A stretch of 64,000 nucleotides of DNA from Dehalococcoidia bacterium (lineage in GTDB: Bacteria > Chloroflexota > Dehalococcoidia > Lucifugimonadales > UBA1123): assembly GCA_965242675.1 (NCBI GenBank), contig CBDESW010000039.1, positions 20,122 to 84,121 of the forward strand, read 5' to 3'. Under the pieces are notes generated by a model. It was not told the DNA's origin. It made no database searches and was given only the letters and a program-made list of their open reading frames with translations. Made by a program: the position numbers and the translations under genes. Below are positions 55,608-63,535 of this stretch, piece by piece. Within the stretch, counting starts at the first letter, position 1; each line of letters begins with the position of its first letter.

Positions 55608-56542
55608 ATCATCGGCAGGGCGAGCGCGAAGGCGGGTTGGAGCGGGCGGACGTCCATTTCGGCGAGGCGGCGGCGGTCGCCCTCGCTCAGCAACCGTTCG
55701 GGTTCGATGGCGGTTCCGTAGAACGGTCGCGGAGCGCCGCCGACGTGGAAGCAGGCGCCGGGTTCGAGCATCGCCTGCGGACGCTTGAAAATCGCAGCCG
55801 ATTGGAACTCCGGCGCCATCTTGCCGTACTTGACGAACGTGCGCCAGCAGCCTTCGGTGGGGTCGGAAGGCGCGGGCTGGTAGGTCGAGAGCGAAACGAA
55901 GGCGTCCGCGCCGGGGACGTCGTCCAAATCCGGGCGCGGCTTCGGGTCGCCGTCCAAATCGAACGCGCCGTATCCGCTGGTCGCCCGCGCGCCGTATCCG
56001 GTTCGCCCCAGCGTCTCGAGCGCCTCAAGCAAGACCGCCAAGCCGTCGGAGGCGGCGCGGGCGTAAACCGTCAGCCGCCCGTCCGCGTCGTCCAGCTCCG
56101 AGTAGCGGACTTCGAACAAGCCGTCCGATTCGGCGGCGGAGTCGGTGAGGCGCGAGATCGAGTTTCGCATCCGAACGCCGTCGCGCGTGGACGCTATCGG
56201 CGCGTCGCCGTTCTTGGGCAACGGCGGCTTGCGTCCGCTCTGCGTCTCGCGGAAGGCGCCGGCGGAGAGCAGGCGCGTCTTCTTCACCGCCTTGCGCGCG
56301 CTCGGCTGCCAGTCCATGAGCGGCAGAATGGCGGGCGCGGGCAGGGCGTCGCCGGGGAAGGCGTCCGAGAGGACGAACGGCGGCTCGCCGGCGCGCCACG
56401 GGTCGAGGAAGTCGCGCCGCAGGGCGTCCGCGCCGCGCGAGCGCGCCCAAGTCGCCGCCAGCGCGCCGAGCAGCGAATCCGCCCGCCACGCCGTGACCCA
56501 CGCCCCGACCGGCTTCAGCGCTATTGCGACCAGATTGTCCAC
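55583..56542 (-). CDS. csm4: Type III RAMP, Csm4 (Cas5-group) like
   Basis: ..RADSLLGALAATW..PPFVLSDAFP..LGRTGYGARATSGYGAF.. (G-rich loop). GTG start. Confidence 0.7.
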   Translation of the reverse strand: MDNLVAIALKPVGAWVTAWRADSLLGALAATWARSRGADALRRDFLDPWRAGEPPFVLSDAFPGDALPAPAILPLMDWQPSARKAVKKTRLLSAGAFRETQSGRKPPLPKNGDAPIASTRDGVRMRNSISRLTDSAAESDGLFEVRYSELDDADGRLTVYARAASDGLAVLLEALETLGRTGYGARATSGYGAFDLDGDPKPRPDLDDVPGADAFVSLSTYQPAPSDPTEGCWRTFVKYGKMAPEFQSAAIFKRPQAMLEPGACFHVGGAPRPFYGTAIEPERLLSEGDRRRLAEMDVRPLQPAFALALPMIWEKEKYS

Positions 56543-57199
56543 GTTTCGCCATCCATCTTGAAGTCATGGAAGCTGATTTCGCCCGACCCGCGGCTGATTC
56601 CACCGCCGAGTCCGGTGCTTTGGACGAGCAGCAACCCGTCCGCGACGACCGCCTGCAGCGCCTCGCCGCCCTCGCGGGACGCGCCGCTCATGTCGTCGTA
56701 CTTGAACTTGGCGTCGTATTCGAACACCTGGAGCGCGATTTTCATGCGGAACTCCGCGCCCGCCGCCACGCGCTCATTCGAGCGCGGATGCTGTGCGGAG
56801 CCTGCGCCGGTCGATGACGTTCTCCGTCTTGTTTTCTATGCGGAAACCGCCCGCCATGCTGCCGTCGCGGACGATTATGCGGGACGGGCCGAGCTCGCTC
56901 CGCGTATTCATGTGAGCGCCGAACACGCGGCATATGGGGCAGTCCGCGCCGGCGCATCCGCACGGTCTGTCGCCCTCGCTTTCCCCATTGCGCCCGAACT
57001 TTCCTAGCTTCTTTTCGAGCTCGCCGCGCATCTTGCCCTTCAGCGAGGAGCCGGGGATGTACGGTTCGCCGTTCGCGGGGTTTTTGATTACGGGGTTGTC
57101 CGCGCCGCCGATGGCGAGCTCGTCTTGGGAGCCGCCGATGTGCAAGCCGCTCTCGCAGCGCGCGGTGAAGGTTATGTCGTGGATGCCCGTTCTTATCAT
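56521..57199 (-). CDS. csm3: Type III Cas7 RAMP Csm3, reading frame broken once (~56800-56806)
   Basis: ORF 56774..57199: ..GLHIGGSQDELAIGGADNPVIKNPANGEPYIPGSSLKGKMRGELE..CPICRVFG..ENVIDRR. It continues in ORF 56521..56769 as GSAQHPRSNERVAAGAEF..GLGGGISRGSGEISF after a 1-nt shift. Confidence 0.75.
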
Positions 57200-57217
57200 C
57201 GTTCGCGGACCTCCTTT

Positions 57218-57811
57218 CTATCCTCTGTCTCTCATGTAAGCCGCGCCGAAGCCGATGAGCGCCTCGAAGTGCGGCAGGAAGCCGCGCAGGAAGGCGTCGC
57301 CGGGGTCGTCCGACGACGCGACTCGCCGGACGTTGTCATCGATGAAGGTTTGGAACTCCGCCGGTATCTTGCCGCCGCTTTCGGCGTATTGGGCGTGATA
57401 CCGAAGGCCGTCGAACTCCGCCGCCACGCTCTGCCAGCTTTCGCCCTCCACTTGCATCCGCCGCTCGATTTCGCGGCAGTGGTTGAAGAACCGCCGCGCC
57501 TGCCCGGTGGTGAGGTTGGGATAGGCGTCCCTAGCCAGCGCCCGCGCCAAGCCGTCCATGTTCTCTTTGGACACGAAATCGGTTCGCAGGCAGAGTTTGC
57601 CGCCGTCGTCCGGCGCGAAATAGGCGTCCGGGAGTTTCGGCATGTTCACGGGTCGGCGCTCCCGCCCGCCGCCGCGATTGCCGCCGCCGCGATTGCCGCC
57701 GCGATTGCCCCGATTGGGCGGTCTAGCCATGTCGTCTCTCCTTTCCGGTTCTTCCGACTCTTCCGGCGGCACGTCGATCCCCGCCCTGCGAAAGGCGTCT
57801 CTCATCGCCAT
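57218..57811 (-). CDS. csm2: Type III small subunit Csm2 (Cas11) with an N-terminal RGG-rich extension
   Basis: ..NLTTGQARRFFNHCREIE..LRYHAQYAE..FLPHFEALIGF.. (Csm2-like), preceded by PPNRGNRGGNRGGGNRGGGRERR. Strong RBS GGAGAGGG. Confidence 0.65.
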   Translation of the reverse strand: MAMRDAFRRAGIDVPPEESEEPERRDDMARPPNRGNRGGNRGGGNRGGGRERRPVNMPKLPDAYFAPDDGGKLCLRTDFVSKENMDGLARALARDAYPNLTTGQARRFFNHCREIERRMQVEGESWQSVAAEFDGLRYHAQYAESGGKIPAEFQTFIDDNVRRVASSDDPGDAFLRGFLPHFEALIGFGAAYMRDRG

Positions 57812-57853
57812 TGTTCTACCCTCTCCAGTGTATCATCTTGTCCGATTGTCCGC

Positions 57854-59383
57854 TTATCCGCGCGTCGCCAGAAGCGCGTATCGGAGGCTTGCGGATATTT
57901 CGTTCGCGCGAATCGCGTCGCGCTCCAAAGCGAGCGCCGCTTCGGTTGACCAGCCGCGGAACTCGGCGGTTCGGCGGTTTCGGGGGACATTGCGATTCGT
58001 CTGATACGTCCATCGCGCCGCCCGCGTCGGCTCGTCGCTTTCGGCGAGGCGCAGAAGGCGGTGCAGCAGCGAGCGCGACATTCCGTCCAGTTCGCGCGTC
58101 CACCGCGCCAGTTTCTTGCCCTCGCCAATCACCAAGCCGTGATACTCCCAACTCCAGATGGATTCCAGCGCCGCGCAGCCGTTCTTGCCATCCCGCGCCT
58201 TCGCCTTCGTCTCCAGCGCGTCCGCCCGCTCCGCGGCGTGGCGAACGGGCAGGCGGTACGGGAACAGCGCGATTCCGGCGCTCAGGGTCAGCGGGGCGCT
58301 GATGGTCGGGGGCGCGTATTTGCGCGCCGGACCGTCCTCGAACGCGCTCGCCAGTTCCCCCGCGAAATCAAGCGTCTTGTCCCAGGGACCTATCAGAAGC
58401 AGGTCGTCGCCGCCCGCGTAGATGGTGTAGATGGAGCGCCAAGATTCGGCGAGCATGTCCTGAACCGTCTCGGCGAAGAACGCATGCAGGTCGCGGCTGA
58501 ACGCCTTGAGCGTCGCGAGGGACGGGTCGGCGGCGGCGATTTCGCCGACTCGGACGCCCATGTCGTCCACATCCGCCTTGAGGGCGGCTAGGCGCTTGTC
58601 GCCGGCGGCTTGCTGGGCGATTTCCTCGAAAGTCAGCGGTTCGCGTCCATTGTCGGAGCGCGGTATCCATCGCCCGGCGCGGAAGGCGTCGGGCGTCCCC
58701 GCGTCCGCCGCGCCGAAAGTCGCGCCCAGCGCCTCGATGCGGAATCCGCCGCCGCGCGCGCCGCCGCCGGATGGTTCGCCGCCGGGTTCCAGGACGCGCA
58801 TCCACTCCAAGCCCGTCAGCCGCTCGCCCAGGTCGCGCGCCTTTAGGCAGGCGGCGCAGTGCAACTCGCCGCTATCCGCGTCGCCGTCCGCGTCTTGGAC
58901 GCGCCGCTGACCGGGGGCTTGTCCGCAGACTTCGCATGGGTCTCCGAGCGGGGGCAGGCTCATGCGCTCGGCGCTCCACGCGCCGCCGTTTTGGAGCGAG
59001 GAGAGCGCGGGGCGCCGCTTGCGCCTCTCCAGCCGCGCGCGGGCGTCTTCCGGCGTCTCGCCCCAGACCAGCGACGCCTGAACGCCGCCGCCCGTCTCGT
59101 CCCAGACCATGCGCTGCAGGTCGGCGTTCAGCTCATCGACGGCGCGCCTGTCCGCGTCGCCGTCCGCCCGCGCCAGAAAGCCGCCGCCGCCTCGGATGAG
59201 AACGTCGTCCTCCGAAATCGCCAGCCGCTCTTTCGCTTTGGCGAGCGCGGCGCACTCGAACAGTTCAAGCAGAAAAGACCTCGCGCGCAACCGCTTCGCC
59301 TGCGCGCCGCCGGCGCTTTTGACGCCCAGCACATAATCCTGTATGCCCGAAAAGTCGCCCGCGAGATAGATGGGTTCGCTCAT
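57854..59383 (-). CDS. cas10: Cas10 (Csm1-like) lacking the N-terminal HD domain; cyclase GGDD intact
   Basis: Starts MSEPIYLAGDFSGIQDYVLGVKSAGGAQAKRLRARSFLLE (start of Palm1 in other Cas10s). CEVCG..CAAC zinc finger and IYAGGDDLLLIG. Only 509 aa. The start overlaps the upstream stop (ATGA). Confidence 0.8.
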   Translation of the reverse strand: MSEPIYLAGDFSGIQDYVLGVKSAGGAQAKRLRARSFLLELFECAALAKAKERLAISEDDVLIRGGGGFLARADGDADRRAVDELNADLQRMVWDETGGGVQASLVWGETPEDARARLERRKRRPALSSLQNGGAWSAERMSLPPLGDPCEVCGQAPGQRRVQDADGDADSGELHCAACLKARDLGERLTGLEWMRVLEPGGEPSGGGARGGGFRIEALGATFGAADAGTPDAFRAGRWIPRSDNGREPLTFEEIAQQAAGDKRLAALKADVDDMGVRVGEIAAADPSLATLKAFSRDLHAFFAETVQDMLAESWRSIYTIYAGGDDLLLIGPWDKTLDFAGELASAFEDGPARKYAPPTISAPLTLSAGIALFPYRLPVRHAAERADALETKAKARDGKNGCAALESIWSWEYHGLVIGEGKKLARWTRELDGMSRSLLHRLLRLAESDEPTRAARWTYQTNRNVPRNRRTAEFRGWSTEAALALERDAIRANEISASLRYALLATRG

Positions 59384-60243
59384 GCTTCTTCCTTTTCCCG
59401 GATTCCGCAGGCTGACTGCGGCGAAACTTCTTTTTGCCGGTCGTCGTCCGTCTGAGGCGTGAACAAGCCAAGCCCGTAGTGGCAGGCGAAGCCGAGCGCG
59501 ACGGGTCCGGCGACGGGTTTATCGAATTCCACGCTGAAATTGAACGCGCCGCCGCCGTTGGAGCCTTTGCGCCGGTATCGGAAGAAGTCGAACGGTCGGA
59601 ATCCCGCGAAATCGCCCGCCGGCGCGATGGGGGCGATGGGCTTGCGGACGTCGGCGAACTCGGCGCTTATCAGCCGCGCGTCGGGGAATCGGCGGTTGGC
59701 TTCGCGCGTTATCTGCTCTTTCGCGCCGTCCACCAATTGGCGGCGTCCGTCGGCGTCTTTCGGACCGCGCAACTTGGCGTGGCGCGGGGGGACGTAAGGG
59801 GACGCCGACCGCCAGCGCGCGGCGCGTCCGAACGGCGGGGATTCCGCCGCGAAATCCTCCGCCCGCCCGCTCGCCAGATGCGTCAGCCGCGCCGGTTCGC
59901 GCCCGCGTCCGGGGTTCAGCTCGCGCAGGGATTCCACCGCCGCCAGATCGTCCGCCTCGAAGCCGAACGGCGTCCAGACGGTCAGACGGTCAATATCGCC
60001 GTCGCCGTCCTCGTCGGTGGGCAGATAGAAGGCGTGTCTGTGTCCGGTCAACGGCTTGCCGTCGGCGTCTTTGCCGGAGAGGGTCGGGGAAGGCGCGCCG
60101 CCGTTCATGCGTCCGAAGCGCGCCATCGCCGCCGTCCGCGCCAGGTCGCCCCACCGCGCCGCGTCCGCCAACGCGGGCGGGACGCCGCTCCGCAAAGCGA
60201 ACCGAACCGCCGTCGGCTTGGCGCGGTCGTTGGGAACGTCCAT
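59380..60243 (-). CDS. RAMP-like protein resembling the C-terminal (Cas6-like) portion of type I-G/I-U Csb2 (GSU0054 family)
   Basis: ..LSGKDADGKPLTGHRHAFYLPTDEDGDGDIDRLTVWTP..S.SPYVPPRH..FFRYRRK..FSVEF..GPVALGFACHYGLGLF.. From memory this is the Csb2 pattern. The N-terminal GRYHA..EWPPSP half of full-length Csb2 is absent. Confidence 0.5.
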   Translation of the reverse strand: MDVPNDRAKPTAVRFALRSGVPPALADAARWGDLARTAAMARFGRMNGGAPSPTLSGKDADGKPLTGHRHAFYLPTDEDGDGDIDRLTVWTPFGFEADDLAAVESLRELNPGRGREPARLTHLASGRAEDFAAESPPFGRAARWRSASPYVPPRHAKLRGPKDADGRRQLVDGAKEQITREANRRFPDARLISAEFADVRKPIAPIAPAGDFAGFRPFDFFRYRRKGSNGGGAFNFSVEFDKPVAGPVALGFACHYGLGLFTPQTDDDRQKEVSPQSACGIREKEEA

Positions 60244-60420
60244 CGCGGAACCTCTCTTTATATATATGCGGCGCTTCGCGGAATTAGCCTATCAAGGGCA
60301 TTGTATGATGGATTGGCGGAAGGCGCAAGTTTTGGAGCAAATCAAGCGCGGCTTGTCGCATAACGCCGCCCCAATCCGCTATCATTCACGGCGAACGCAT
60401 ATCACAGGAAAGACACTCAC

Positions 60421-61623
60421 ATGACCACTGCGACAACCCTGCCGGACGCGCGGGGCAGATTCGGCGAGTTCGGCGGGATGTTCGTCCCCGAGACGCTCAT
60501 GGGGGCGATTGGCGAGCTGGAATCCGAGTACCGCGCGGCAAGGGCGGACGGCGGGTTCCGAGACGCGCTCGAATCGCTGGCGCGGGACTACGTCGGGCGT
60601 CCGACGGCGCTCTACTACGCCGAGAACCTGACGCGCGAGCTGGGCGGGGCGCGCATCTTCATCAAGCGCGAAGACTTGGCGCACACGGGGGCGCATAAAA
60701 TCAACAACGCGCTGGGGCAGGGGCTGCTCGCCCAGCGCATGGGCAAGCGCCGCGTCATCGCCGAAACCGGCGCGGGGCAGCACGGCGTCGCAACCGCCAC
60801 CGTCTGCTCCACGCTGGGGCAGGATTGCGTGGTTTACATGGGCGAAGAGGATATAAAGCGCCAGTCGCTCAATGTGTTCAGGATGCGGTTGCTGGGCGCG
60901 GAAGTGCGCTCGGTGACCAGCGGCAGCCGAACGCTCAAAGACGCCATCAACGAAGCGATACGCGACTGGGTGACGAACGTCGAGACCACGCATTACCTCA
61001 TCGGCAGCGTCGTGGGCCCCCATCCGTATCCGATGATTGTGCGCGATTTCCAGGCGGTGATAGGGCGCGAGGCGCGGGCGCAGATTCTGGCGGCGACGGG
61101 GCGGCTTCCCGATTACGCCGTCGCCTGCGTGGGCGGCGGGTCTAACGCCATGGGGCTGTTCTACGAATTCATCGGCGACCCGGATGTGAAGCTGGTCGGC
61201 GTGGAAGCCGGCGGGCGCGGCATCGAAAGCGGCGAACATTCCTCCACCCTGACCGCCGGCGACGTCGGCGTCCTTCACGGTAGCATGTCGTATCTTCTGC
61301 AGGATGAAGACGGGCAAATCCGCGAGGCGCACAGCATATCAGCCGGTTTGGACTACCCCGGCGTAGGCCCTGAACACAGCTGGCTCAAGGACACCGAGCG
61401 CGCCGAGTACGCCAGCGTGACGGACGAGCAGGCGCTGGCGGGCTTCGAGCTGCTCTGCCGGACGGAGGGCATCATCCCCGCGCTGGAGCCCGCCCACGCC
61501 GTCCACTACATATCGCAGCTCGCGCCGCGATTGGGCGGCGACAAGACGATTCTGCTGTGCCTGAGCGGGCGCGGGGACAAGGATATAGACACTGTGGCGC
61601 AGGCGCTGGGGGTGGGGACATGA
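60421..61623 (+). CDS. trpB: Tryptophan synthase beta chain
   Basis: ..[48 protein letters not shown].. are canonical TrpB motifs. Confidence 0.95.
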   Translation: MTTATTLPDARGRFGEFGGMFVPETLMGAIGELESEYRAARADGGFRDALESLARDYVGRPTALYYAENLTRELGGARIFIKREDLAHTGAHKINNALGQGLLAQRMGKRRVIAETGAGQHGVATATVCSTLGQDCVVYMGEEDIKRQSLNVFRMRLLGAEVRSVTSGSRTLKDAINEAIRDWVTNVETTHYLIGSVVGPHPYPMIVRDFQAVIGREARAQILAATGRLPDYAVACVGGGSNAMGLFYEFIGDPDVKLVGVEAGGRGIESGEHSSTLTAGDVGVLHGSMSYLLQDEDGQIREAHSISAGLDYPGVGPEHSWLKDTERAEYASVTDEQALAGFELLCRTEGIIPALEPAHAVHYISQLAPRLGGDKTILLCLSGRGDKDIDTVAQALGVGT

Positions 61624-62225
61624 CGCGCCTGCCGCCGCTGCCGCCGCTCGACCCCGACGGCGAGCGCGTCTTGTACCTTCCGATGCAGCCGAGCATGGAA
61701 ATCAGCGCGGAGCGGGCGCGCCGCATGCCCGCCGCGCCCGTCCGCGACGGCTTCGACCTGCGCGGGTGCCGCCCCGGCGACGAGGAATCCTGGATAGAGC
61801 TGATAAACACCGGCGGCTTCGGCATCCCCTGGGACAGGGCGAAGTTGGACGAATATCTGGAAGGCGCGGAGCGTCGCGAGGGCTCCCGCCTAGCCGTCTC
61901 GCGCGCGGACGGACGCATCCTAGCCGCCACATTCGCGTCGCGGGAAGAGCCGGACGGCGGCGGGGACGCCGTCGGGCGGCTGGATTTCGTCGTGGCGCAT
62001 CCGGAAGTTCGCGGAACGGGTCTGGGACGCGCCGTCTGCTCGGCGGTCGTCCGCTGGCTCATCGACGAGCGCGGCTACGAAAGCGTGATCTTGTACACGG
62101 ACGACTGGCGTCTGCCGGCGATAGGGCTGTATCTATCGATGGGATTCGAGCCGCGCCTGAACCGCCCGGACATGGTTGGGCGATGGGCGGCGGCGCGGGC
62201 GAAGTTGGCGGAGGGCGGTCGGTAA
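61620..62225 (+). CDS. GNAT-family N-acetyltransferase
   Basis: ATG 61620 overlaps the trpB stop (ATGA). ..[16 protein letters not shown].. is the acetyl-CoA motif A (R/Q-x-x-G-x-G/A). Confidence 0.7.
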   Translation: MTRLPPLPPLDPDGERVLYLPMQPSMEISAERARRMPAAPVRDGFDLRGCRPGDEESWIELINTGGFGIPWDRAKLDEYLEGAERREGSRLAVSRADGRILAATFASREEPDGGGDAVGRLDFVVAHPEVRGTGLGRAVCSAVVRWLIDERGYESVILYTDDWRLPAIGLYLSMGFEPRLNRPDMVGRWAAARAKLAEGGR

Positions 62226-62247
62226 ATCGCCGCCCGCTAAGCGCAGT

Positions 62248-62579
62248 CCCCGTCATTCCCGCGAAGGAACGTCACCCTCGCGGAATCGGGGGCGGGAATC
62301 CAGAGTCGCCCAACGAATATAGCCGCCCGAAACCAAGCCCGAATCGCAAACCCCTCTCCCTTGATGGGCTAACAGGGGTATGTTTGCGGTTGGCGGGCAA
62401 TCCGCGCGGAACTGCGCCTGGGGGCGCAGGCACCCTCACCCTAGCCCTCTCCCATAAAGGGAGAGGGGATGCGTTGGTTGGGATTCAAGGTTGATTTCGG
62501 GTGGCTATCTTGTCCCCGCTTTCGCGAGGATGACGTTGTTGGGCGACTCTGGATTCCCGCTTTCGCGGGAATGACGGGG
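62248..62579. repeat. Modular intergenic repeat cluster (inverted D variant, inverted A, A0-A-B-C-D)
   Basis: ccccgtcattcccgcgaagg..gggaatccaga, cccctctcccttgatgggc, actgcgcctgggggcgcag, caccctcaccctagccctctcccataaagggagaggggat, ttgtccccgctttcgcgaggatgacgttgttgg, tctggattcccgctttcgcgggaatgacgggg. Confidence 0.9.
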
Positions 62580-62590
62580 TGAAATGCGCC

Positions 62591-63397
62591 CTAAGCCCCC
62601 ACAGTCAGCGCAGCTTCTCCCAATCCTTCTATATATACTGAAGCGGAGTCCCCCGCGTTCAGCGTGAACGGCGGGGCGAAACTTCCGGTCAAGACAATCA
62701 TCCCCGCCCTCAGCGACTCGCCGCGCTTGGCGAGATTGTTCGCCAGCCACGCCAGCGGCTCCAGCGGATGCCCCATGACGTCCGCGCCGACGCCTTCGCC
62801 GACCGTCTCGCCGTTGACGCGCATCGCGCCGCGCGACGCCGCCAAATCCGCGTTGCGCCAGTCCGCCGCGCGCTCGCCCAAGACGGCGCCGGCGTTGCTG
62901 ATGTTGGTCGCAATCGCGCGGAGGGCGGGGTTTGGCGCGCCGCCGTCCGCCGCGGGGCGTCCGTCCACCAGCTCGAAAGACGCCGCCAGCCAGGCGACGG
63001 CGTCCGACGCCGATTCCCGCGTATAGGGCGCGCCGTCCGCCGGCAGATCCGCCCCCAATCCGACGGCGACTTCGCACTCGATGCCCAGCCGGACGTAATC
63101 CGCCGCCGACAGCGCCGCCGGGGATTCGCGGACATTCGCCGCCAGCATCAGCCCGGAGCAGGGCGCGGATATGCCGGAGCGCTCGCGCATCACGGCGTTG
63201 GTGTAGGCGATTTTATAGCCGGCGAATCCGCCGCCCGCGTCGTCCGCGAGCCGACTGATGAAGACGCGCTGAACGGCGTAAGCCTCCGCCTCGTCCACCG
63301 GCGCGAAGGGTTGCGCCATGACGTCCAGCGGCAGGCGCGCGGCGTGTCGCCCCGCCAGAAACTCGCCGGCGGCTTGGATGCGCGGTTTGGTTGGCAT
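62591..63397 (-). CDS. 2-keto-4-pentenoate hydratase-like enzyme (MhpD/HpcG, FAH superfamily)
   Basis: 268-aa ORF. ..AYAVQ..GYKIAYTN....ECEVAV..LELVD.R..N.SNAG.VLG..GHPL..LAWLAN.L...G..L.AG..VLTGS.. is the hydratase/decarboxylase family pattern. Confidence 0.7.
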   Translation of the reverse strand: MPTKPRIQAAGEFLAGRHAARLPLDVMAQPFAPVDEAEAYAVQRVFISRLADDAGGGFAGYKIAYTNAVMRERSGISAPCSGLMLAANVRESPAALSAADYVRLGIECEVAVGLGADLPADGAPYTRESASDAVAWLAASFELVDGRPAADGGAPNPALRAIATNISNAGAVLGERAADWRNADLAASRGAMRVNGETVGEGVGADVMGHPLEPLAWLANNLAKRGESLRAGMIVLTGSFAPPFTLNAGDSASVYIEGLGEAALTVGA

Positions 63398-63474
63398 GGT
63401 TTTAGTCCTCTCTATATAGCGTTGACACAGCGATTTCGCCGCGTTTTTCGGTTCGCCATTGGCGTTCGCAACCC

Positions 63475-63507
63475 TCTGGATTCCCGCCTTCGCGGGAATG
63501 ACGGGGG
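63475..63507. repeat. Solo D module
   Basis: tctggattcccgccttcgcgggaatgacggggg. Confidence 0.85.
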
Positions 63508-63535
63508 CGAGATTCGGGGTATAACGCCGCCTATT

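Noticed and set aside
60244-60420. A TATATATA box (60259-60267) as the promoter of the cas operon.
   Set aside because: It lies only ~16-24 nt upstream of the ATG and overlaps the Shine-Dalgarno region. A -10 element there would produce a transcript lacking the RBS, so it is probably just AT-rich spacer.
61620-62225. Absence of trpA after trpB, replaced by a coupled GNAT gene, as a possible novel Trp-pathway link.
   Set aside because: trp genes are frequently dispersed, and GNAT genes are ubiquitous neighbours. There is insufficient evidence for a functional claim from this window alone.
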